Translations under genes and position numbers: made by a program
Part shown: piece by piece, positions 36,580 through 46,306 of the stretch
Position numbering within the stretch: the first letter of the stretch is position 1
Layout of the letters: every line of letters starts with the position of its first letter
Origin: Octopus bimaculoides
Lineage: Eukaryota
Reading direction: 5' to 3'
DNA: 46,306 nt
NCBI RefSeq assembly: GCF_001194135.2
Contig: NC_068981.1
Span: forward strand, 177,533,667 to 177,579,972
The notes under the pieces: model-generated
The model's database searches: none
Seen by the model: only the letters and a program-made list of their open reading frames with translations
Told to the model about the DNA's origin: nothing

Positions 36580-36890
36580 ATGTATGCATTTATGTATGNN
36601 NNNNNNNNNNNNNNNNNNNNNNNNNNNNNNNNNNNNNNNNNNNNNNNNNNNNNNNNNNNNNNNNNNNNNNNNNNNNNNNNNNNNNNNNNNNNNNNNNNNN
36701 NNNNNNNNNNNNNNNNACTTCATAACCATCTTTACCACCACACATCTTATCCCCACCAACATCATCTGACTTCATTCAACCCCAACTCATCTCCACTTAT
36801 TCCCCCCCCCCAACCCACACTATCTGCTTCCACCACCATCACTTCTATCGCAAATACTATAATCACTATCACAACTACTTCCCACAACAA
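36290..36890. repeat. (CCA)n-like, (TA)n and (GATA)n tracts around an N-gap
   Basis: Direct reading. Confidence 0.85.
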
Positions 36891-37433
36891 CCACCACACT
36901 TTTCAAAAAATTTTTCCCCTTTCATTTCATCATGTAATTATTATTTTCTGTTTCTCTTAAATTTCAATTCCTCCTATCCAACTCTTCTCTGGCATTCTTT
37001 TCAATACACTTTACATTGATATTTACACCCCCATCCAAACCACAAACATCCCCCAACCTATTTCACTGCCAGCCTTCCTATCTAGTAACTTTTGCTTTTT
37101 CTACATCAATTTGCCCACCATTTCCACCTCCAACTGCACCATCTACACAGTAGTTCTTGTGCTATTTCTAAACCCTAAAACCTTCATCTAGTTGCTAACA
37201 TTACTGTTAGACTGTAAATAGAAAATTGCAAAATAAAATAAATAAGTAATAAAATAATATATTAAAAAAAATCAATTTATCATACAAATTTCTTCCATTT
37301 CTTCCACAGAAAACAGCAATTGTTGTAAATCATTAATATAACAGGTTTGTCCTATATTCTTTTCCAATGATTTTTAAAAGTATAAAAAAACAAACAATAG
37401 AAAAATTAAACAAAACACACGCACACATGCATG

Positions 37434-37478
<45 letters not shown>

Positions 37479-38139
37479 ATAATCAAAAACAAAATTAGAA
37501 AAAAAAAGGACCAAACAAGCAAATTGAATTGATCATGTGACAAAGACCCTTGAGAGAAAACTATACTGAAGTAGTTGAAATAAAGTATATTTCTTCATAA
37601 TAGCTCAAGCTGATTAAAGTTCATTTTCTATTTCTAAAGAATTTAGATTAATACTATTTGTGAAACTATTAAATGTAAATGTAAACAAAATGTATCCACC
37701 CACTTAACCTGATCATCATCATATGCATATGCATGTGTATATGTGTGTGTATATATATTCTTGACAATTTATTATTAATATTATCAAGTTTAATTTTCAT
37801 ATGTATATTAACATTTGCTCCTTTTGTTTTCTAATATAGTGTTGGAAGAGTCAAAAATGACTTCCTTTTTTTATATTGCTGTTTTATATTTTGTAATACT
37901 TCATTTGTGTGTCTCTCTACATACTAGAGTTAATTTTAATTACTTTCTTTCAAGATTTGCTTAGTCAACTATATTCTATGATTACCTGGTTAACTCACAT
38001 TCTTTGCATCCTCAGATTTCGTTTCTACACCTGTCCACTTGTCTGAAGAAAAAACATTGATCAACTGACATTTAAGTCATGACCAACTTGTAGTTTTTTC
38101 TAGCATATTATATTCAGGATATGTTTATCTGGTCTATTT

Positions 38140-38830
38140 ATAGATGCAAGCATGGCTGTGTGGTTAAGAAGTTCATTGTATAACCATATTTCTTAGATCC
38201 AATCCCACTGTGTGGAACCTTGGGCAAGTGTTTTCTATAATAGCTTTGAGCCAACCAATGTTTTGTGGGTGAGATTTAGTTGACAGAAACTGTACAGAAA
38301 CCTATTGTGTGTGTGTGTGTGTGTGGGTATGTGTGAGTCTTTTCATGTATCTTCATATTGTCACCATTTTGGCAAAAACACAGTGTGTCCTGTAGCTCAG
38401 TGGTTTCATCCTTTGTGAAAATCAGTAGGATAAAAAGGTGTGGTTGTGTGGTAAGAAGTTTGCTTCCCAACCACATGGTTCCAGGTTCGGACCCATTGTG
38501 TGGCACCTTGGACAAGTGTCTTCTACTATAGCCTCGGGCTGACCAAAGCCTTGTAGGTGGATTTGGTAGACAGAAAGTGAAAGAAGCTTGGTTGTATGTG
38601 TGTGCATCTGCATGTGTGTGTGTGTGTGTGTCTATTTTTAACCTCCATCACTGCTTGACAACTGGTGTTGGTGTGTTTATGTCCCCATAACTTAGTAGTT
38701 CAGCAAAAGAGACAGAAAGATTAATTACCAGGCTTTAAAAATAAAATACTGGAATCAATTTGTTTGACTTAAAATTTGTTCAAGGCAGTGCCCCAGCATG
38801 GTCTCAATCAAATAACTGAAAGACAAAGAT
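38140..38830 (+). mobile_element. Two family-B SINE copies (5-prime half about 38140-38310; full copy about 38435-38830)
   Basis: GGCTGTGTGGTTAAGAAG head, GCAAGTGTCTTCTACTATAGCC body, ...CCCCAGCATGG...ACTGAAA tail. Confidence 0.85.
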
Positions 38831-39409
38831 AAAAGATACTTGAAAATCAAGTGTTGGTGTCAAGAAGAACACCCAGTGTAAACATACAGCCTCAATAAGT
38901 TTCGTCCAGCTTCTACCAATATGGAAAAGGTAGATGTAAAACTGATAGCTATGACAATGACGATGATGATGATGATTTATCCATTTTTAAGATACCGAGT
39001 AATATTTGAGGAACATTTTGCAATTTCAAGCACCAAGTACCAACACAACAAAACAAAAATGAGAAAATTGAAAGACCACCAGGATATGTGAGAGGCATAT
39101 TTTGTTGCCACACCCAAGTTTCAACAATCACAGACCTGCCACCACATGTAAAACAAAACCCACCTCCAAACATGTAGATACATACACAACACCCCAGAAC
39201 ATAACTACAATAGCAATGAGGCAAATTTTTGCAAGGCCAGCTGACCTGCCAGAAATAGCAGCCAAATTTCCTTGAAGTGAAACCCTACTATTTTAAAAAA
39301 GGAGACATTGTTATAATGTAGACATAGGTTTTTTGCACATGGGGAAAAAGTTGAGATTGTCATTGCTTTAATATCTTTGATTACAGGTATGCATGTTAAG
39401 GGCTGACTG

Positions 39410-39840
39410 AGGGCTAAATGGAAATTTTGTGGGAGGGGGCTAGTCAATTACATCAACCCCAGTGCATAACTGGTACTTATTTCACCAATGCTGAAAGGAT
39501 GAAAGGCAAATTGACCTTGGCAAAATTTGACCTCAGAATGTAAAACCAGAAGAAATGCTGCTAAGCATTTTGTCCAACATGCAAATGCTTCTGCTAGTTG
39601 TCTGCCTTCACACGCTACTAATAATGATTTCATATTTTGGCACAAGGCCAGTAATTTTGAGAGAGGGATAAGTTGATTACATTGACCCCAGTTTTCAACT
39701 GGTAATTATTTCATCAACCCCCGAAGGATGACAAGCAAAGTCTACCTTGGTGGAATTTGAACTCAGAACGTAAAGACAGATGAAATGCTGCTAAGCATTT
39801 TGCCTGCTGTGCTAACAGTTCTGCCAGCTTGCCTCCTTCA
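39410..39840 (-). mobile_element. Two tandem family-A SINE copies
   Basis: Both match the 5.8-6.6 kb family (AAAGGATGAAAGGCAAA.TGACC...GAAATGCTGCTAAGCATTTTG). Confidence 0.85.
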
Positions 39841-40379
39841 CACACTACAAATAATAAGAACAGTTGAACAATAACTGCTGTATTTTGAATAAGTCCACTT
39901 TGCCAGCTTCCACTGTGGCCACCACAAAAACCTATGGCTGTAAGAAATTGACTGCACAATGGAGAAAGTGGAATATGTCCAGATTCTAATAAACCAGCAT
40001 CAGATTGTGCAGTTTACTCTTTAGCTAAGTTAACACATGGTATAAATAAGAAGATGGATCTATGGGTCATATTTTGTTGTCAGCCTGAGTATATGCATCC
40101 CTTACAGCCACTCATTGTGGCCTTGCACAACAACTACAACACTGATCCACTTCCTAACCGTTTCATCAGTTCCTTCTTTTTCACTTTTCCTGTTGTACAA
40201 GTTTAATAATCTAATGACACAAACACACAGCATTTCTCTGAATTAGACATTCACACATACACATCTCTTTCTCCTTCTCTCTCTCTCTCTCTGTATACAT
40301 ACACATATGTGTGTATCTCTATTTATCTGACTCTCTCTTTCGATATATATATATATATATATATAAAGAGAGAGAGAGA

Positions 40380-40625
40380 TTCATTTTCATTTTTAATGTC
40401 CACTTTTCTATGCTTGAATGGCTCAGATGTGACTTCGATGTAAGATTCTCTATAACCAGACACTCTTCTTGTTGCCAATCTTCACTTGTTTCCAAGCAAA
40501 ACAATATTTCCCCTAATATATCAATGAACAGCCTGGACATATTTTCATGGGAAACTGCAAATAGATGACACCATTTGTCTATGAACAGTGATTCTTTGTT
40601 GACAATCAGTGGTCACATTTCAAGA
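40380..40625 (-). mobile_element. Short interspersed repeat sharing the RTE-family 3-prime tail
   Basis: TTTAATGTCCACTTTTCTATGCTTG tail with a different body (CACTTGTTTCCAAGCAAAACAATATTTCCCC). Confidence 0.55.
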
Positions 40626-40646
40626 CAGAGGATTATTATTATGATT

Positions 40647-40678
<32 letters not shown>

Positions 40679-40689
40679 TATATAATATA

Positions 40690-41295
40690 TGTATCATCTT
40701 CATCATCATCATCGCTTACCAGCTGTTTCAATGCTACCATGGGTTGGACAATTTGACTGAGGACTGGCAAACCAGATGGCTGCACCAGGTTCCAATCTGA
40801 TCTGGCAGAGTTTCTACAGCTGGATGCCCTTCCTAACGCCAACCACTTCGAGAGTGTAATGGGTGCTTTTATGTGCCATCGGTACGAGGGCCAGTCAGGT
40901 GGTACTGGCAACGGTCACGCTCAAGTGGTGTTTTTTATGTGTCATCTGCACAGGAGCCAGTCCAGCGGCACTGGCTACAACCTTGCTCGAATGTTTTTTC
41001 ACATGCCACTGGTATTTTTACGTGCCACCGGCATAGAAGCCAGTCAGCTGCTCTGGCAACGATCACACTTAGATGGTGCTCTTAGCGCTCCACTGGCATA
41101 TGTGCCAGTCATCAAATTTGATTTGATTTCAATTTCACTTGCCTCAACAAGTCTTCGCAAGCAGAGTTTGGTGTATATGAAAGAAAGGTACGCATAAATG
41201 GGCTGGTTACACCTCTGGCATAGGCCACGGGTTATGCTCTCACTTGGCTTGCCAGGTCTTCTCACGCACTGCATATTTCTAAAGGTCTCGGTCAC
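40690..41295 (-). mobile_element. 3-prime end (ORF end and long 3-prime UTR) of an RTE-like LINE
   Basis: The reverse complement aligns to 44258-44985 (GGCCTCACCGAGGC.ATGACT..TGACCGAGACCTTT...GGAAGGGCATCCAGCTGTAGAAACTCTGCC). Confidence 0.85.
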
Positions 41296-42514
41296 TAGTC
41301 ATTGCCTCGGTGAGGCCTGATGTTCATATATATATANNNNNNNNNNNNNNNNNNNNNNNNNNNNNNNNNNNNNNNNNNNNNNNNNNNNNNNNNNNNNNNN
41401 NNNNNNNNNNNNNNNNNNNNNNNNNNNNNNNNNNNNATATATATACACACATAGAGAGAGAGAGGGAGAGAGAGATTTAGATAGATAGAGAAAGCGAGAG
41501 AGAGAGAGAGTGATGTCTGTATGTGAACATTAGTTGTAGTTCTCTGACTTTGTTATTTGTGTTTACAGCTTATGGAATTTGTAGAATATTTTCTCATGAT
41601 AAAAGCAAAAGTATTTTCTCCCTACCCCAGTTACTCTCCCCCTCTTTCTCCTACTTTAGTTTTCTTTCTCTTTCTCCCTCTTCTCTATGTATATAATACG
41701 TATATATACACATACACACAAAACACAGACTTGCTAGCACACACACACACACACACACAGAGTCACATGCATAAATGCACACACACACATACACATACAT
41801 ATATCCATGCATATATATATACACACACACACATATATATATTACCTTTTATGTTCATAAATACATTGCCTTCTATCCAATGAGTATATACGAATCCTTC
41901 CGCAATAGTTATAGTGCTAGAAATTTCTAGACTTCTGCCTATATTGGAATGACTTGTATATGTTTATATGATGGTTGGTATGTTTTTGTAAACAAAAGTG
42001 ATAATATACAAGAATTAACAATGTTCCCCACTTCCACTCAAGATAACTGGGCTGCATGGTGACTCCTTGAGCAAGGCATCTTCTTTGACGGCGTTCCAGT
42101 TATCTCGGCTGAAAATAAATACCATCCCAGTGCTGGTGCACTCCTCTCTTCTTTCACCTATCATATCCTGGTTGTTCTGCTGGCTCATGGGTGGGAGAGC
42201 CAAGGGGCGTCTGTGTCTACACATGACTACATGTGCACCTAAAATGATTTAGCAAAAGTTTGGTACATGCTACTCGGTAATACTTCTGTACTGGCAGCTG
42301 TGCATGTCATAATACACTCACGCATGTACACACATATATATTGTTATACTTGGGCACAGTCATTTGTTTGCCAATTAACAAACAATTGGCAAAATATGAC
42401 CATCCCCAAGTATAACAATATCTGTTTCAACATGTTTTTATATCAAGGATCTTTCAAATATATATATATATGTATGTTTGTTTGTATGTATGTATGTATG
42501 TATGTATGTATGTA

Positions 42515-43872
42515 TGATGTCAGTGACCCACAACACCACTCTCTTTTGAAAACAGAAGGATTGCATATAGGGTTTGAATTCACTCACTTTTAGTGAACAT
42601 GGTAATGCTCACAAATACATCTTTATAAAAAGCATGATGCATGTGCAAAATGTTGACTCATTGGATATAAAAAGCACTCAAATTTACCAGCCTGTCATTC
42701 GTTTCCTGAAGGCAGCAAGTATGCCAAGACTGAAATGGAATCAGAGGGAGAAAAGCTATCGCACATCTCCATGCTGGTCAACATCCATAGGTCATTGCTA
42801 ATGACTTAAACTGCAGTATTTGGACAATTGAGCAGCTGAGGGAATGATACAACGCTACAAACAGCACATGGGATTGTCCACGCAGTGGCTGACCGAGGGT
42901 TACAACGGCACATCAAGATCACTGACAGCACTTGCAGGACCGATTCCAAAGGGCAGCATAATCAGCCAGGCAGATCATAGGGACTCACCACAGACCCATT
43001 TGTGCAGAGACAGTTTGCTGCTGGCTGAGATCTTTCAATCTGTCTTATGGACATCCAGCTAGGGGCCCCATCCTCACAGATTGTCATCAACAGTGGCTCA
43101 AAAATGTCAGAACTAGAAATATCAGCAGAGGAGGACTGCAGTCTTCTCTGACGAAAGTTGGTATTGCATTTCTGTGGCAGATGGCCGAGATAGGGTTTCA
43201 AGAAGAAGAGGTGAATGTCATGCTGATGGTTGTGTAGTGGAGAGAGACTCGTGGGGAGGACAGAGCATCTGGGTATGGAGTGGGATTGCACTCAATAAGA
43301 AACTTGGCGAAAGCTGGGGCAATGGAATAACCGCTGCTTGCTATATTGACCAAGTGTTGAGGCCTCACATTGTGTCATACTTTGCCCATCATCGTAATCA
43401 CATGTTCCAACATGACAATGCTCATGCCTCTACTGCCAGGTTGACAACAGACTTCCTCCAACAGCACAACATCCAGACACTGCCATGGCCTGCCCTAAGT
43501 CTGCACTTGAACCCCATAGAGCACCTGTGGGATGAAATCCAAAGAAGGCTAAGTGACATCTATCCAAGGCTGACCACTGCAGCACGACTCACTGCAAGTT
43601 TTAACAGTGTGGGCTGCTATCCCCATGACTTTCATCAATTGTTTGGTGCATTCAATGTACAGAAGATGCTTAGCGGTAATCAACACTGATGATGGTCATT
43701 TGAGATATTGAGTTCATCTCTCTGGATCCAGGACACTCTGTCATCATGTGACACCTCATTAGGAAAGAAAGGTTTCTTAATTAACATTCTTCAATCAATG
43801 CTATGACAGTATGTTAATAAATTGGTTTCTATTTAGTATGTGTGCAATGTTTCTTTTGTGGTTCAGTTTATA
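42515..43872 (+). mobile_element. Decayed Tc1-like (DD34E) transposon
   Basis: ATG at 42721 (MPRLKWNQRE), paired-like RSG.PRVTT, FSDES, FQHDNA, WPALSLHLNPIEHLW. Right end TTTCTTTTGTGGTTCAGTTTATA; left boundary uncertain. Confidence 0.9.
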
Positions 43873-43964
43873 CACANNNNNNNNNNNNNNNNNNNNNNNN
43901 NNNNNNNNNNNNNNNNNNNNNNNNNNNNNNNNNNNNNNNNNNNNNNNNNNNNNNNNNNNNNNNN

Positions 43965-44985
43965 TATATGGATGTGTAATGTCAGTTGGATGTGTAATAT
44001 CAGTGTGCATACTAGATAGATGGACGTGTAATGTCAGTGTGCATACTAGACAGAGTGTAAGTACCTTGAGAGAAAAGTTGAACTTAAGAAGCATCAGTTG
44101 TGGTGTGCAAAAGAGACGATTGTGCTGGTATGGTCATGTAGCGAGAATGGATGAGGATAGCTGTGTGAAAAAGTGCCACACCCTAGCAGTTGAGGGAACC
44201 TGTGGAAGAGGTAGGCCCAGGAAGACCTGGGATGAGGTGGTGAGGCATGACCTTTGAACATTGGGCCTCACCGAGGCGATGACTTCTGACCGAGACCTTT
44301 GGAAATATGCTGTGCGTGAGAAGACCTTGTCAAGCCAATTGAGACCTAAATCCAGGGCCCCTGCCAGGGGTGTAGCCAACCCACTTATGCGTACCTTCCT
44401 TCATTGGATACTAAACTCCACTTGCGAAGATCTGTTGAGGTAAGTGAAATCGAAATCGGACTAAATTCGACGGCTGGCACCCATGCCAACTTCGTCTCCT
44501 TCATTGGACACGAAACTTGGCTTGCGAAGACCTGTTTGGGGCAAGCGAAAGCGAAATCGTGATGGCACCTGTACCCTGGCACTTGTGCTGGTGGCACATG
44601 TAAAGACATTCGAGTGAGATCATTGCCNNNNNNNNNNTGGCACCTGTACCCTGGCACTTGTGCTGGTGGCACATGTAAAGACATTCGAGTGAGATCATTG
44701 CCAGTGCTGCCGGACTGGCTCCTGTGCAGGTGGCACATAAAATACACTGTTTTGAGCGTGGCCGTTGCCAGTACTGCCTGACTGGCCTTTGTGCCGGTGG
44801 CACTTAAAAGCACCCACTACACTCTCGGAGTGGTTGGTGTTAGGAAGGGCATCCAGCTGTAGAAACTCTGCCAAATCAGATTGGAGCCTGGTGTAGCCAT
44901 CTGGTTTGCCAGTCCTCAGTCAAATCGTCCAACCCATGCTAGCATGGAAAGCAGATGTTAAACGATGATGATGATGATGATGATG
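43965..44985 (+). mobile_element. 3-prime part of an RTE-like LINE with a long, internally repetitive 3-prime UTR and (GAT)n tail
   Basis: RRLCWYGHVARMDEDSCVKK...GRGRPRKTW is the typical RTE ORF2 C-terminus. The UTR carries GTGGCAC subrepeats. Confidence 0.9.
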
Positions 44986-45069
44986 ATGATATATATATAT
45001 ATCTATATATATGTATGTATGTATATATATATATATATGCTTATTTGTATGTATATATATATATGTATA

Positions 45070-45606
45070 TATTAGGTTGCCCGGAAAGTTCTGAGCATTT
45101 TCAAGCTAAATCTTTTAATGCTTCATTGAACATACCTGAAACATAACGTAGTTAAAACTGTGGAAGTGTTAGTGCATTTCTTCTTTGTTCCTGACTGAAA
45201 ATAGATTTATCTTTCATTCCAGCCACCCCTTATTGACATTTGAAATGGATAACCAAAAATGTCATATTTGTGTTGTAATGCTTTTTTTTTTTTAAAAAAA
45301 AGGAGAAAAATTTGCATAAACTTGCAAAAACATTTGTGAAGTACATGGTGATGAATCTGTATGTGAGTCAACTGTATGAAAGTGGTTTGCAAAATTTAAA
45401 ACTGGTAGAGTTTAGCTTGGAAGATGACAGTTTCAGTGGAAGACCATCAAAATTAGATGATATTTTGAAGGCAAATATCGAAGGAAACTCAAATATCATG
45501 ACTAGAGAACTTGCAGAGGAGTTGGAAGTTTCTAAAAGTACAGTTCATGAAGTATATCCCTTTTTGCTTATTAAAAATCGGTCAGAACTTTCCAGGCAAC
45601 CTAATA
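45070..45606 (+). mobile_element. Internally deleted mariner element retaining only the HTH-coding 5-prime part
   Basis: TIRs TATTAGGTTGCCCGGAAAGTTCTGA / TCAGAACTTTCCAGGCAACCTAATA with TA ends. Remnant KWFAKFKTG..SLEDD..SGRPS...TRELAEELEVSKSTVH. Confidence 0.9.
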
Positions 45607-45649
45607 TATATGTATATATGTGCAGGTAGCACATAAAAAACACCTTCTG

Positions 45650-45875
45650 AGCATGGGCATTGCCAGAACCGCCTGACTGGTCCTCGTGCCAGTGGCACGT
45701 AAAAGCACCCACTACACTCTTGGAATGGTTGGCATTAGGATGGGCATCCAGCTGTAGAAACTTTGCCAGATCAGATTGAGCCTGGTGCAGCCTTCTGGCT
45801 CACCAGTCATCAGTCAAACTGTCCAACTCGTTCCAGCATGGAAAGTGGACCTTAAACGACAATGACGATGATGAG
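45650..45875 (+). mobile_element. 5-prime-truncated copy of the RTE-like 3-prime UTR
   Basis: Matches 44760-44985. Confidence 0.85.
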
Positions 45876-45895
45876 GATATGTATATATATATATA

Positions 45896-46106
45896 TACAT
45901 ATCTGCAGCACAGAATTTTGTCAGTGAACAGGTCGCGGTCTCAAAGCGACGAAAATATTTTGACAAATTAAATTTAAATGTTGAAGTGAATCTAACGGAT
46001 TTTGTGTGTTATTTTAAATGGCTTATAAACACCTTCCACGCTGCAATTGTTTTCGTTCCAGCACATGATCTCAGATCAGGTCACTTGCTATGCAAGTGCA
46101 TCTCCT
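45896..46106 (+). mobile_element. Repeat of about 210 bp flanked by (TA)n, possibly a Penelope-like terminal repeat
   Basis: Non-repetitive island between TA tracts that carries a minimal hammerhead-like fold. The family assignment is inference. Confidence 0.45.
45917..45967 (+). ncRNA. Putative minimal type I hammerhead ribozyme variant (G3:C8 core)
   Basis: Stem I tttgtca/tgacaaa (7 bp), core GUGAACA, stem II gtcgc/gcgac, GAAA, palindromic stem III AATATT, NUH = UUU. Confidence 0.55.
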
Positions 46107-46109
46107 ATA

Positions 46110-46205
46110 TATATACTCTTTTACTCTTTTACCTGTTTCAGTCATTTGACTGTGGCCATGCTGGAGCACTGCCTTTAGTCGAGCAAATCGCCCCCAGGAC
46201 TTATT
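46110..46205 (-). mobile_element. 3-prime fragment of a family-B SINE
   Basis: Near-identical to 29641-29730. Confidence 0.85.
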
Positions 46206-46241
46206 GTATATATATATGTGTGTGTGTATATATATGTGTAT

Positions 46242-46306
<65 letters not shown>

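Noticed and set aside
34333-36960. Numerous plus-strand 60-140-aa ORFs (SLSL, THTH, PPPP)
   Set aside because: Low-complexity CT/CA/CCA tracts and N-gaps inflate ORF length.
43140-43165. Other CTGANGA hammerhead-core matches (here and at about 12135, 23274, 28745, 38043)
   Set aside because: No stem II, GAAA and stem I arrangement around them. This one is Tc1 coding sequence (FSDES).
1-46306. CRISPR arrays, rRNA genes, operon-like or prokaryotic systems
   Set aside because: No regularly spaced repeat-spacer units, rRNA similarity or dense intron-less ORFs. The window is eukaryotic and largely intronic or intergenic.

Overview
AT-rich, microsatellite-laden eukaryotic scaffold with seven N-gaps. 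The interspersed repeats look like those of an octopod cephalopod; this is my recognition of the repeat families, not a database result. Most of the window is repeat-derived: three tRNA-headed SINE families, RTE-type LINE fragments, three mariner relics, a Tc1 relic, an hAT derivative with an intact internally deleted 258-aa ORF, two hAT MITEs, and large (GATA/GGAT)n, (TA)n, (CA)n and (CT)n tracts. No complete host gene is present. Three short ATG-initiated minus-strand exons (294-318, 3429-3513, 34366-34511) all end in phase 1 at an identical G|GTAAACG donor, and a fourth (22911-22962) is also phase 1. They probably are alternative first exons of one large gene whose shared exons lie left of the window. 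A possible plus-strand first exon sits head-to-head at 23086-23133. Exon-like but disrupted or ambiguous sequence lies at 13.5-17.6 kb. The most unusual signal is a minimal type I hammerhead-ribozyme-like fold at 45917-45967, with a compensatory G3:C8 core swap and a palindromic stem III, inside a (TA)n-flanked, Penelope-like repeat. Most ORFs in the supplied track are microsatellite artefacts.
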